A stretch of 64,000 bases of DNA from Kiloniellales bacterium. GTDB lineage: Bacteria > Pseudomonadota > Alphaproteobacteria > Kiloniellales > J153. Every line of letters starts with the position of its first letter. Within the stretch, counting starts at the first letter, position 1. The notes below the pieces were generated by a model. That model saw only the letters and a program-made list of their open reading frames with translations. It was not told the DNA's origin and made no database searches. Of this stretch, positions 28,187 through 39,693 are shown piece after piece. The DNA is taken from assembly GCA_036397065.1 (NCBI GenBank), contig DASWJP010000099.1:12553-76552 (forward strand), written 5' to 3'. Both the position numbers and the translations under genes were made by a program.

Positions 28187-28903
28187 TTAGTTGCCGGATG
28201 TCTGGCTGGCCACTTGATAGCCCTGGCCCAGCTTGGCCTGGTAGAAGATGTGGCGGCCGATCGTGCGGCCCTGAACGAAGTCGTTGCGCCAGGCCGGGCT
28301 GACATAGTCGGCGTGGTACCACAGGGCTCCCTCGGTCGGGTCGTCGGTCTGCCCCCAGTAGATGGCCAGGGCCAGCTCGCTGCTGTGCTGCCAATCCCGC
28401 CGATTGCGCGGGGTGTCGCTGCGCCCATCGCACCACCAGCTGAACTGGCAGCGATGGCGCCGGATCTCGCCGCCTTGCTGAACCACCTCGCAAACCGTGC
28501 TTGGGAAACGGCCGCTGAGGACCCGGTTCAACACCACGTGGCCGACGGCCAGCTTGCCCTCGTCGGGTTCGCCACGCGCCTCGTGGTAAATGTTCAGGGC
28601 CAGACAGGCGATCTCATCGCGGGGATCACCCAGGGTCGGGCGGCGAAACGCCAGCCGCTCGCTCTTTTCGGTTTCGAGAAGGGACCAGAAACTGCTGCGC
28701 TTGGCCTCGACGGCCACCACTTCGCGCTTGGTCCCCTCAGTGGCCACCCAGCGGCCGATGAGGCCGGCACCGTTATTGGCCTGGCCGGCCCATGCGGAAC
28801 CGCTGAGGTAAATGGCATAGCCAAGCAGGCCAGCCCAAATGGCGATTCGCAGGTACCGCCGATCTCCTCGTACGCCGCGACTTCTGGCGACTGTGTTGAT
28901 CAT
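28187..28903 (-). CDS. SleB-family cell wall hydrolase
   Basis: ALNIYHEARGEPDEGKLAVGHVVLNRV and QFSWWCDG motifs; N-terminal hydrophobic anchor. Confidence 0.85.
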   Translation of the reverse strand: MINTVARSRGVRGDRRYLRIAIWAGLLGYAIYLSGSAWAGQANNGAGLIGRWVATEGTKREVVAVEAKRSSFWSLLETEKSERLAFRRPTLGDPRDEIACLALNIYHEARGEPDEGKLAVGHVVLNRVLSGRFPSTVCEVVQQGGEIRRHRCQFSWWCDGRSDTPRNRRDWQHSSELALAIYWGQTDDPTEGALWYHADYVSPAWRNDFVQGRTIGRHIFYQAKLGQGYQVASQTSGN

Positions 28904-29004
28904 AGCCCTTCCCCATCACCCTGTGTGCGAGGCAGCACACCTTTTGGACTTTACCCCCAGGTCCGTACGGTGCTCCCCAAAAGCCACCGCTACCTCGCGA
29001 CGTT

Positions 29005-29225
29005 AGGAAGATATTTACAGGGCATTAACACGAATGTCAAAAGAAAAAGCGGCGTATTTTAAGTAAAATTAACTATATCTACAAAAACACATATATTATT
29101 TACCATTAAAATCATCAAATCACAGTTATTTACAAGAATACGCAGAAATTATTGTCGAACAAAAAGTTATTATGTTAACCACGTGATAATCACCATGAAG
29201 TCGATTGGGCTTTATTATGGGATGA
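29005..29225. other. AT-rich intergenic island 1 (divergent SleB-like / uvrB region)
   Basis: Hand count gives 42 G+C in 160 nt over 29041-29200 (about 26%), against a strongly GC-rich background. Contains the palindrome GTGATAATCAC (29183-29193). Confidence 0.6.
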
Positions 29226-29313
29226 TCTTGTGGCGGAGCCGGTGGGAATTTCCGGTCCATTCTCTCTGGCCACACCCTGGCATGAACGGCCGGAAGCGGG
29301 CATATAGAGGGGC

Positions 29314-31458
<2,145 letters not shown>

Positions 31459-31492
31459 ACGCCCGCCAACATACACAGGAGACTTGAACGAT

Positions 31493-32284
31493 ATGCTGGT
31501 CGAACAGATCTGGACCGCCAACACCTTCCGCAACTTCAACTACCTGATCGCCTGTCCGGAGACAGGCGAGGCGCTGGCTATCGATCCGCTGGACCATAAA
31601 AAGTGCCTGGACGCCGCCAAGGCCAAGGGCTGGGAGATCACCCAGATTCTCAATACCCACGAGCACGAGGACCATATCGGCGGCAACCGGGCCGTGGCCG
31701 CGGCGACCGGCGCCAAGGTGCTGGCCCATCGCAACGCCAAGGGCAAGATCCCGGACATGGCGCGCGGGCTTGGCGCCGGCGATGTGATCAAGATCGGCCG
31801 GACGGTGGAGCTGGAGGTCCTCGATACGCCCGGCCATACCATGAGCCACGTGTGCCTGCAGGCGCACGGCGACGAGGCGGCGCTGTTTTGCGGCGATACT
31901 CTGTTCAACGCCGGGGCCGGCAACTGCCACCACGGCGGCCATCCGGCCGAGCTGTACCAGACCTTCGCCCGGCAGCTGGCCAAGTTGCCGGATGAGACCC
32001 GCGTCTATCCAGGGCACGACTATATCGCCAACAACCTGAAATTCACTTTGGACCGGGAGCCGGACAACAAGCGAGCCCCGGGCCTGCTGGCCGAGGTGGA
32101 AAACCAGGACCCGTCCCATCCCCTGGTCACCACCCTGGCCCTGGAGAAGGAGATCAACACCTTCTTCCGTCTGCACTCGCCAGGGGTCATCGCCCGCCTG
32201 CGCGAGGCGTTCCCGGACCTGCCGGATCAGCCGGACGAGAAAACCGTGTTTCTGCGCCTGCGCAAACTGCGGAACAGCTGGTAA
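31493..32284 (+). CDS. gloB: MBL-fold hydrolase, hydroxyacylglutathione hydrolase-like
   Basis: THEHEDHIGGN (HxHxDH), DTPGHTMSH and CGDTLF motifs. This is the 3' part of ORF 31400..32284. Confidence 0.75.
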   Translation: MLVEQIWTANTFRNFNYLIACPETGEALAIDPLDHKKCLDAAKAKGWEITQILNTHEHEDHIGGNRAVAAATGAKVLAHRNAKGKIPDMARGLGAGDVIKIGRTVELEVLDTPGHTMSHVCLQAHGDEAALFCGDTLFNAGAGNCHHGGHPAELYQTFARQLAKLPDETRVYPGHDYIANNLKFTLDREPDNKRAPGLLAEVENQDPSHPLVTTLALEKEINTFFRLHSPGVIARLREAFPDLPDQPDEKTVFLRLRKLRNSW

Positions 32285-32389
32285 GCATTAAGGTTAACAC
32301 CTTAAGTCCGGCCGGCGGCCCTACACACTATCGAAAGCATCCTCTGCCATCCTGGAGTCCTCCCTTTAGCTCATTAGGAGGGCATGGGG

Positions 32390-32830
32390 ATGCATGGGCT
32401 CGGTATGAATCGGATCGGCGGTTGCTGCGCGGCGGTGGGTTTGATGGCCACCCTCGGCGCATGCGCCCTGAGCGATCGGGCCGAGACCCTCTACCACCGC
32501 CAGCACCGGGTGGCCGCCGCCCTGGCCGAAACCATTGTCATCAATGAAACGCGGGATCCGCTGTTGGCGGACTCCCTGTACGGCACCGAAACGGACCTGA
32601 ACGAGGCTTGCGCCCCCTTGCGCCGCGCCGGTTATCTGCGCTTTCAAGACGAGGAGATCGACAGCGCGCTGGAGTGGGAGATCGTCAACGCCCTGGATGG
32701 CTGCGCCGCGAAAACCGACCAGACCGAGACATTGCTGTGGCGGATCAGCCCTGAAATCACCGCCTTCTTCCTGCCGTCGCCATCGACGGTCACGACTCAA
32801 GCCTCACGATTGACCCGATCGCCGCGATAA
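32390..32830 (+). CDS. Hypothetical lipoprotein
   Basis: Lipobox MATLGAC. GGAGG lies 8 nt upstream of ATG 32390 (the ORF track starts at ATG 32384). No family recognised. Confidence 0.55.
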   Translation: MHGLGMNRIGGCCAAVGLMATLGACALSDRAETLYHRQHRVAAALAETIVINETRDPLLADSLYGTETDLNEACAPLRRAGYLRFQDEEIDSALEWEIVNALDGCAAKTDQTETLLWRISPEITAFFLPSPSTVTTQASRLTRSPR

Positions 32831-32934
32831 CGCTCTCGCGCGCCTCAACCGCCGCCCAAGCCACCCAAGCCCTCTCGCGTCCGCGCATCCGGGACGCTAT
32901 GCTGTCGGCCTCAACCCAGGGGAGACAGGTAACC

Positions 32935-33357
32935 ATGGCCGATGCCGACACACCGGTAAAAGTCGTGAAATCCGATGAGGAGTGGCGGCGCCAGCTTACG
33001 CCCGAGCAATACCGGGTGGCGCGGCGCAAAGGCACCGAGCGCCCCTTCACCGGCGAGTATAATGAATGCAAGACACCCGGCACCTATCGCTGCGTGTGCT
33101 GCGATCAGCCGCTGTTCGATGCCGCCGCCAAATTCGATTCCGGAACCGGCTGGCCCTCTTTCACGGCCCCGATCTCCGAGCACGCGGTGAAACAGGAGAC
33201 CGACCAGACCCTGTGGATGGTGCGCACCGAGGTTCTGTGCGCGCGGTGCGATGCCCACCTCGGCCACGTCTTCGACGACGGGCCGGCGCCGACGGGCCAG
33301 CGGTTCTGCATGAACTCGGTCGCTCTCACGCTCAAGCCGGACGGCAGCGACTCCTGA
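32935..33357 (+). CDS. msrB: Peptide-methionine (R)-S-oxide reductase
   Basis: Zinc CxxC pairs CVCCDQPLF and [16 protein letters not shown]. Catalytic RFCMNSVAL. Confidence 0.9.
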   Translation: MADADTPVKVVKSDEEWRRQLTPEQYRVARRKGTERPFTGEYNECKTPGTYRCVCCDQPLFDAAAKFDSGTGWPSFTAPISEHAVKQETDQTLWMVRTEVLCARCDAHLGHVFDDGPAPTGQRFCMNSVALTLKPDGSDS

Positions 33358-33466
33358 TCCGCCGGTCCGCATTAGCCCATTGAATTCGGTGCCCCTCAAC
33401 CGCATCTACGGGTAGGCCGCGGCTGGACGTCGCTCCTGCTCCGGCGGCACTGGCTCAGCGGAACCC

Positions 33467-34459
33467 ATGTTTTATCTTTTCGTCGCAGCAGGCCTTTTCT
33501 TGCTCTTAGCTGGCGGCGATGCGCTGGTCCGCGGCGCCGTGGGCTTGGCCAAGCTTCTCGGCGTCTCGCCGCTGGTCATCAGCCTGACCATTGTCGCTTA
33601 TGGCACCAGCGCGCCCGAATTACTGGTCAGCTTGGATGCCTTTCTCTCCGGAGCGCCGGATATCGCCGTCGGCAATGTCGTCGGCTCGAACATCGCCAAC
33701 ATCCTGTTGATCGTCAGCTGCGGTGCCCTGATTTCGCCGATGACCTGGCAACGCGGGGCGATGCGGGTGGACAATACGGTCATGCTGGCCGCCAGCGCCG
33801 CTCTGGTTCTTCTCGGCCTCGGCAGCGGTCTCCTGACGGTTTGGAGCGGCAGCGCCATGCTGGCCCTGCTAGCCGCCTACACCGTATGGCAGTACCGAGC
33901 GGCGCGACGTTGGCGGTCGCGGCCCGATGGCGGGACAGGCCTTCGCACCGGTGAGTGCACTCCAGCGAAGGCGAAGACAACGAGCCTGTGGCGTCCACTG
34001 CTGACCTTGCTCTGCGGGCTCATCGGGGTCAGCGCGGGCAGTCATCTCCTGGTCACCGGAGCCGTCGGATTGGCCCAAAATTTTGGCATTCCGGAGGCCA
34101 CAATTGGCCTGACCCTGGTCGCCGTCGGCACCTCGCTGCCCGAGTTGGCAACCACCTTGGTCGCCGCTTGCCGGCGCCATGCCGACGTGGCGCTGGGCAA
34201 TGTGGTCGGCTCGAACATATTCAACATTCTCGGCATCCTGGGCCTGGTACCGGTCTTCGGCACCCTGCGAATTCCTGAGTCGATGATTGCCGTCGATCTT
34301 TGGGTCATGCTCGGAACTACCGTGCTCTTCGTCGCCTGGATGACCGCGCGCCGCTCCTTTGGCCGTGGCCTGGGCGCGCTCAGCCTCATCGCCTACGCCG
34401 CCTATATTCTCTATCAATACAGCGGTGCCCCGAATATCCCGATAACACCCGTGAACTGA
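33467..34459 (+). CDS. CaCA-family cation/Ca2+ antiporter (YrbG-like)
   Basis: Two alpha-repeats, GTSAPELLVS...GNVVGSNIANILL and GTSLPELATT...GNVVGSNIFNILG. Confidence 0.85.
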   Translation: MFYLFVAAGLFLLLAGGDALVRGAVGLAKLLGVSPLVISLTIVAYGTSAPELLVSLDAFLSGAPDIAVGNVVGSNIANILLIVSCGALISPMTWQRGAMRVDNTVMLAASAALVLLGLGSGLLTVWSGSAMLALLAAYTVWQYRAARRWRSRPDGGTGLRTGECTPAKAKTTSLWRPLLTLLCGLIGVSAGSHLLVTGAVGLAQNFGIPEATIGLTLVAVGTSLPELATTLVAACRRHADVALGNVVGSNIFNILGILGLVPVFGTLRIPESMIAVDLWVMLGTTVLFVAWMTARRSFGRGLGALSLIAYAAYILYQYSGAPNIPITPVN

Positions 34460-34521
34460 CCGGTCGCCCGCCGGCCTAGGCATACTTGTGCGGACGCAGC
34501 CCCTCCTGCATGCTCGCCGCC

Positions 34522-35331
34522 ATGGCAGCCAGGCAAAAGGAACCGTCCGTCTTGCAACGCCACCCGGATGATACCCCGCGGGCCGTTCTGGTGACCGGTG
34601 CCGCGCGGCGGATCGGCCGGGCGATCGCGCTCGATTTCGCCCGCCAGGGTTGGGCGGTGGCCGTTCACTACAACACCTCCGCCGACGATGCCGCCGCCGT
34701 GGTGCGCGAGATCGAACAGGGTGGTGGCCGCGCCATCGCGCTGGCAGCCGATCTGGCCCGCGAAGCCGAAACGCAGACCTTGCTGCCGCGCGCCAGCGAA
34801 GCGCTTGGACCCATCGGTTGTCTGGTGAACAACGCCTCCACATTCGAATCCGATACGGCGGCCACGGCCACGCGGGAAAGCTGGGATCAACATCTTGAGC
34901 CCAACCTGCGGGCGCCGTTCGTGCTCTCGCAAGCTTTCGCACGCGCGCTGCCGGCGGATGCCGGCGGCGCGATCATCAACATGCTGGATCAGCGCGTGTG
35001 GAATCTGACGCCATACTTCATGAGCTATACGATTTCGAAGGCGGCGCTGTGGACTCTCACGCAAACTCTGGCGTTGGCCTTGGCCCCGCGCATCCGGGTG
35101 AACGGGATCGGTCCCGGCCCGGCCATGCCCAGCGCGCACCAAACCGATGCGGAATTCACCAGACAATTCAATATGATGCCCTTGGGCCGCGGCACGTCCC
35201 CGGAAGAAATTTGCACGGCGGTGCGCTTTATTCTTGCGGCCCCATCCATGACCGGCCAGATGATCGCCCTCGACGGCGGTCAGCATCTGGCGTGGTCGCA
35301 ACCCAACGATGCCGGCGGTGACAGGTATTAG
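34522..35331 (+). CDS. SDR-family pteridine/dihydromonapterin reductase-like oxidoreductase (FolM/PTR1-like)
   Basis: VLVTGAARRIGRAIAL and YTISKAAL (YxxxK). Sits next to folB. Start ambiguous (TTG 34486, ATG 34510 or 34522). Confidence 0.8.
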   Translation: MAARQKEPSVLQRHPDDTPRAVLVTGAARRIGRAIALDFARQGWAVAVHYNTSADDAAAVVREIEQGGGRAIALAADLAREAETQTLLPRASEALGPIGCLVNNASTFESDTAATATRESWDQHLEPNLRAPFVLSQAFARALPADAGGAIINMLDQRVWNLTPYFMSYTISKAALWTLTQTLALALAPRIRVNGIGPGPAMPSAHQTDAEFTRQFNMMPLGRGTSPEEICTAVRFILAAPSMTGQMIALDGGQHLAWSQPNDAGGDRY

Positions 35332-35373
35332 GATGAAATCCGCCACCAGCAACACAAGGATCTGAACGGGACC

Positions 35374-35820
35374 ATGGCAAACAAGACGCAAAAGAAATCG
35401 CCGCATGAGCACGGCGATGTCATTTACAACGCGTCATTCGCACAACCGCCAATGCGCGCGGTACGACAGCGCATCCTCATCAACGACCTGACAGTCGCCT
35501 GCCGCATCGGTGTCACCGACAAGGAGCGCGCCCAACATCAGCGCTTGCGCATCAACCTGACCTTGGATGTGCAGCCGTCGTTGCCACGACTCGATCGCAT
35601 CGGCGAGGTGGTCGACTACGGCGCTTTGGCCGCCAGGGTTCGCGAAGTGTGTGCCGAGGCCGAGGTCCGTTTGCTCGAAAGCCTGGCCGGACAGCTGGCC
35701 GGTACGTGTTTCGAGGACAGCCGGGTGCAGCGCGCCCGCGTGCGTATCGAGAAGCTTGACCGCTATACGGATATGTTCGCCATCGGCTGTGAGACCACCT
35801 TTGAACGGGCCGGAGCGTAA
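35374..35820 (+). CDS. folB: Dihydroneopterin aldolase
   Basis: ILINDLTVACRIGVTDKERAQHQRLRINLTLDV and VVDYGALAARVREV. A shorter form from ATG 35452 is equally plausible. Confidence 0.8.
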   Translation: MANKTQKKSPHEHGDVIYNASFAQPPMRAVRQRILINDLTVACRIGVTDKERAQHQRLRINLTLDVQPSLPRLDRIGEVVDYGALAARVREVCAEAEVRLLESLAGQLAGTCFEDSRVQRARVRIEKLDRYTDMFAIGCETTFERAGA

Positions 35821-36094
35821 CCGCCCGATCGTCAGCGGCACAGCCCTAAGCCATTGCCAATGCGGAGATTCTTTTCCAACACTCGCAAAAGTTTTACACA
35901 GGGGCATTTGGACGCCCCGGCCAGCGTGGGCCTTATGCCACGCCTTTCTCGTTGTGACAGTTTCTTTACGCTTGACTTCATTTTAAATATTCAAAATCAA
36001 TTACCTACAGACACTGCCTATTTTTTGGGCAGGTCGATCAAAAGCTTGAATTCCTGGGCCAGCCGGGACTGCATGGCGGAGATGCGCACAGACT

Positions 36095-36115
36095 TATCCA
36101 CCGAACTCGTGGATA
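36095..36115. promoter_or_regulatory. Inverted repeat TATCCAC-N7-GTGGATA (two DnaA-box-like 9-mers) upstream of uvrC
   Basis: Read directly. TTATCCACC (36094-36102) matches TTATCCACA at 8/9 positions. The complementary arm reads CTATCCACG. Confidence 0.25.
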
Positions 36116-36238
36116 GATTAACCATGCGGTGACCAACCTCTTGTCAGTACTCACACAATTGCAACAATACCGGGGCTATCGCGAAGATTCATCGCGTGCG
36201 CGCCGGGCACCCGCGAAGACGATCTCGACTGCGAGGGC

Positions 36239-38311
36239 GTGCTGACCATGTCCACCGCGAAGTCACCCCATCGACCGCGACGCCGAAGCACGGGCAAGTC
36301 CGGCCCGACCGCCACGGGCCCGATTGCTGAAACCCCGACTGCCGATGACCCGACTGCCGATACCCGGGCCACCGATACCGCGTTTGCGGATGATCCTGCG
36401 GTAGTCGCTCTTGACGACAGCGACAACGCCGAAAACGCCGGCCATCTGGCGGCCGGTGTTGCGGTCCTGATCGCCGCAGTAAAAACGCTTCCGTCGAGTC
36501 CGGGTGTCTACCGCATGCTCGATCGCAAGGGCGATGCATTGTATGTCGGTAAAGCGAAGGTCCTGAAGAAGCGCGTCGCGTCGTATTGCCAACCGGCGAA
36601 GATGCCGCGCCGATTGCAGCGCATGATCGCCTCCACCGTTGCGTTGGAAGTGGTGACGACGCATACGGAAATGGAAGCGCTGCTGCTCGAAGGCAATCTG
36701 ATCAAGCGCCTGAAGCCACGTTACAACGTTTTGCTGCGTGACGATAAGTCCTTCCCCTATATCGTTATTTCCGGCGATACCGATTTTCCGCAAGTGGCCA
36801 AGCACCGCGGCGCCAAGGATGATGTGGGCACATACTTCGGTCCATTCGCATCGGCCGGTGCCGTCAATCGAACGATCACCGCGCTGGAACGGGTGTTTCT
36901 CTTGCGCTCGTGTTCCGATGCGGTATTCGCCGCTCGCACGCGCCCGTGTCTGATGTATCAAATCAAGCGCTGCTCGGCGCCGTGCGTCGGCCGCATCAGC
37001 AAATCCGGCTACGACGAATTGGTCGACCAAGCACGCGATTTTTTGAGCGGCCGCTCGAAGAGCATCCAACAACGTCTGGCCACAGCCATGCAGACCGCCT
37101 CCGAGGATCTCGATTACGAGGCGGCGGCGGCCTATCGGGACCGCATTCGCGCCTTGACGCAAATTCAGGCGCACCAGGACATCAACGTCCGCGGCTTTGA
37201 GGATGGCGATGTCATTGCCGCGCACCAGGACGGCGGGCAAACCTGCATTCAAGTCTTCTTCTTCCGCGCCGGTCAGAACTACGGCAACCGGGCCTACTTC
37301 CCGATCCACGACCGCGGGCTGGAGCCTGGCGCCGTCCTGACCGCCTTCATCGGCCAGTTCTACGACAACAAGCCGGTTCCCCCGCAGGTTCTGGTCAGCC
37401 ACCGGCTGGACGAGCACGCCCTGGTGGCGGAGGCCCTGTCGTTTCGCGCCGGCTGCAAGGTGGATGTCCTCAAGCCGAGCCGCGGCGCCAAACGCAAGCT
37501 GGTCGATCACGCCCTGGCGAATGCGCGCGATGCCCTGGCCCGGCGGCTGGCGGAAAGCAGCACCCAGCGCCGCCTGCTGGAGGATTTGGCCGGGCGCCTC
37601 GGCCTGGACGCGCCACCGGAGCGCATCGAGGTCTACGACAACAGCCATACCCAAGGAGCGCAGCCCTACGGCGCCATGATCGTCGCCGGATCGGAGGGGT
37701 TCATCAAGAAGGCCTACCGCAAGTTCCGCATCCGGCAAGACATCACGGGCGAAGGTGCGGCCGATGCCGCCACCGCCGACGATTACGCCATGATGCGCGA
37801 AGTGCTCTCCCGCCGCTTCGCCCGGGCCCTGAAGGAAGATCCGGAACGCGGCGGCGACCAGTGGCCGGATCTGATTCTGCTCGACGGCGGCCGCGGTCAG
37901 CTTTCGGCGGGCCAGGAGGTGCTGGCCGATCTTGGCCTGACGGACCTGTCCTTGGCCGCCGTGGCCAAGGGCCCCGATCGAAATGCCGGGCGCGAGCGTA
38001 TCTTCCTGCCCGGCCGGCCGCCCTTGTTGCTGGAGCCGCGCGATCCGGTGCTCTACTACCTGCAACGTCTGCGCGACGAGGCGCATCGCTTCGCCATCGG
38101 CAGCCACCGCGCCGGCCGCAGCAAGGCGCGCCTGCGCTCCGTGCTCGACGACGTTCCGGGCATCGGCGGCAAGCGGAAGAAAGCGTTGCTGCATCATTTC
38201 GGATCGGCGCAAGCGGTGGCGCGCGCCGGCCTGGCCGATCTGGCGGCGGTGAAAGGCATCAGTCATGGCGTGGCCCAGAAAATCTATGGCCATTTTCACA
38301 CCGAAGATTAG
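36239..38311 (+). CDS. uvrC: Excinuclease ABC subunit C, with a low-complexity N-terminal extension
   Basis: [38 protein letters not shown] domain and C-terminal Hh[19 protein letters not shown]. There is no in-frame ATG/GTG/TTG between 36248 and the GIY-YIG motif, so the extension must be translated. Confidence 0.95.
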   Translation: MLTMSTAKSPHRPRRRSTGKSGPTATGPIAETPTADDPTADTRATDTAFADDPAVVALDDSDNAENAGHLAAGVAVLIAAVKTLPSSPGVYRMLDRKGDALYVGKAKVLKKRVASYCQPAKMPRRLQRMIASTVALEVVTTHTEMEALLLEGNLIKRLKPRYNVLLRDDKSFPYIVISGDTDFPQVAKHRGAKDDVGTYFGPFASAGAVNRTITALERVFLLRSCSDAVFAARTRPCLMYQIKRCSAPCVGRISKSGYDELVDQARDFLSGRSKSIQQRLATAMQTASEDLDYEAAAAYRDRIRALTQIQAHQDINVRGFEDGDVIAAHQDGGQTCIQVFFFRAGQNYGNRAYFPIHDRGLEPGAVLTAFIGQFYDNKPVPPQVLVSHRLDEHALVAEALSFRAGCKVDVLKPSRGAKRKLVDHALANARDALARRLAESSTQRRLLEDLAGRLGLDAPPERIEVYDNSHTQGAQPYGAMIVAGSEGFIKKAYRKFRIRQDITGEGAADAATADDYAMMREVLSRRFARALKEDPERGGDQWPDLILLDGGRGQLSAGQEVLADLGLTDLSLAAVAKGPDRNAGRERIFLPGRPPLLLEPRDPVLYYLQRLRDEAHRFAIGSHRAGRSKARLRSVLDDVPGIGGKRKKALLHHFGSAQAVARAGLADLAAVKGISHGVAQKIYGHFHTED
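36334..36363 (+). repeat. Imperfect 2 x 15-bp tandem repeat inside the uvrC 5' extension (encodes [10 protein letters not shown])
   Basis: CCCGACTGCCGATGA / CCCGACTGCCGATAC, 13 of 15 identical, read directly. Confidence 0.9.
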
Positions 38312-38455
38312 GGCCGGCGTTTAAGGCCAGCGATGAGACATTCGTTCCGCGCAGGTGTGCCATGCGCGCGAATGTGATCCTGGGTCCGGCACGTCAATGT
38401 GTGCTAGAATAATTTATCCAGCCCGTCCAAGAGTTCGTTTGTTCGATTCTGAACC

Positions 38456-39028
38456 ATGCTGACCAAATTACCCAACATCCTCACCCTGTCGCGGATCGCC
38501 ACGATTCCGATTCTCGTGGCGCTGCTGTATTTCCACAGCCCGCTCACCCGGTGGGTGGCGCTCCTGCTCTTTTCCCTCGCCGGTCTTACCGACTATCTGG
38601 ACGGCTATCTGGCGCGCAACCGTGGCCAGGTTTCCGCCCTGGGCCGCTTCCTCGATCCCATCGCCGATAAGCTCTTGGTCGCCAGCCTGATCGTCATTCT
38701 GGTCGCCATCGGGCAGATTGAAGGACTGGTGGTGATTCCTGCCATCGTCATCGTCTGCCGTGAGATTCTGGTCTCCGGTTTGCGCGAGTACCTGGCGGAG
38801 GTGAAGGTGTCCATGCCGGTCAGCCGCCTGGCCAAATGGAAGACAACGATTCAAATGCTCGCCCTAGGCTTCCTGGTGGTCGGGACCGAGGCGGGACCGG
38901 CGATCTTGCCCATGGAATGGATCGGCGATACCGGCCTTTGGATCGCGGCCCTGCTCACCTTTGTCACCGGATACGACTATCTCGCGCGCGGATTGAAGCA
39001 TATGAATTCGGATAACGGCGAGGGTTAA
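38456..39028 (+). CDS. pgsA: CDP-diacylglycerol--glycerol-3-phosphate 3-phosphatidyltransferase
   Basis: CDP-alcohol phosphatidyltransferase motif DYLDGYLARNRGQVSALGRFLDPIADK. Confidence 0.9.
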   Translation: MLTKLPNILTLSRIATIPILVALLYFHSPLTRWVALLLFSLAGLTDYLDGYLARNRGQVSALGRFLDPIADKLLVASLIVILVAIGQIEGLVVIPAIVIVCREILVSGLREYLAEVKVSMPVSRLAKWKTTIQMLALGFLVVGTEAGPAILPMEWIGDTGLWIAALLTFVTGYDYLARGLKHMNSDNGEG

Positions 39029-39157
39029 TCCGATTACAGGCTGCGGGCGGCCGCTGCCCCATGGTTGACTTTCCCGCGTATCGTCGCCTTCTTTACAGAT
39101 CAAGATCACGCGGCCCCGGGAGGGATCATGCCGGAAAAAGGCGCGGCGGAGCATGCC

Positions 39158-39676
39158 ATGAAGGTGTTCGGTCTGGCCGGTTGGAGCGGCGCCGGCAAGA
39201 CGACGCTGGTGTGCGCCCTGATTCCCGCCCTGACTCGCCGCGGTTTGCGTGTTTCGACCCTGAAACACGCGCACCACGCCTTCGATATCGACACGCCGGG
39301 CAAGGATTCGTACGAGCACCGCCGGGCGGGCGCGACCGAGGTGATGGTCGCCTCGGCCAACCGATGGGCGATCGTGCACGAGCTGCGCGGCGAACCCGAG
39401 CCAGCCTCCTCCGAGTTGATCCGCCGCATGACCTCGGTCGATCTCCTGCTCATTGAGGGGTATAAGCAAGAGGCTCACGACAAATTGGAAATTCATCGGC
39501 CGTCCCTGGGCAAGCCCCTGCTCTGCACCGGCGATCCGCATGTTGTGGCCGTGGCCAGCGACGCGCCGCTGCCGGAGCTGTGCATCCCCCGACTCGACCT
39601 CAACGATGTCGAGGCCATCGCCGCCTTCATCGTCGCCCACTGCGGCCTGGACGGCCGGGCGCGCGGCGCCGCTTAG
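39158..39676 (+). CDS. mobB: Molybdopterin-guanine dinucleotide biosynthesis adaptor MobB
   Basis: MKVFGLAGWSGAGKTTLV P-loop. Alternative ATG at 39128. Confidence 0.85.
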   Translation: MKVFGLAGWSGAGKTTLVCALIPALTRRGLRVSTLKHAHHAFDIDTPGKDSYEHRRAGATEVMVASANRWAIVHELRGEPEPASSELIRRMTSVDLLLIEGYKQEAHDKLEIHRPSLGKPLLCTGDPHVVAVASDAPLPELCIPRLDLNDVEAIAAFIVAHCGLDGRARGAA

Positions 39677-39693
39677 GGGCGAGCGGTTCTGCC

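Noticed and set aside
29059-29073. CtrA-box-like TTAA-N6-TTAAC in AT-rich island 1
   Set aside because: The spacer is 6 nt rather than the required 7. TTAA is expected by chance in 26% G+C DNA.
29183-29193. GTGATAATCAC as a Fur box
   Set aside because: Only the central TGATAATCA resembles the 19-bp Fur consensus. The flanks do not match, and neither neighbouring gene is iron-related. It is kept only as a generic palindrome.
36094-36116. DnaA-box pair plus adjacent AT-rich DNA as a replication origin
   Set aside because: There are only two boxes, no dnaA, hemE or parAB context, and no further box cluster. Treated as a possible transcriptional site instead.
35854-36132. 92-aa ORF in the folB-uvrC spacer
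   Set aside because: It runs through the AT-rich stretch with no codon bias and no motif.
36263-38299. 678-aa ORF antisense to uvrC
   Set aside because: Same reasoning: it mirrors a well-supported gene and has low-complexity composition.
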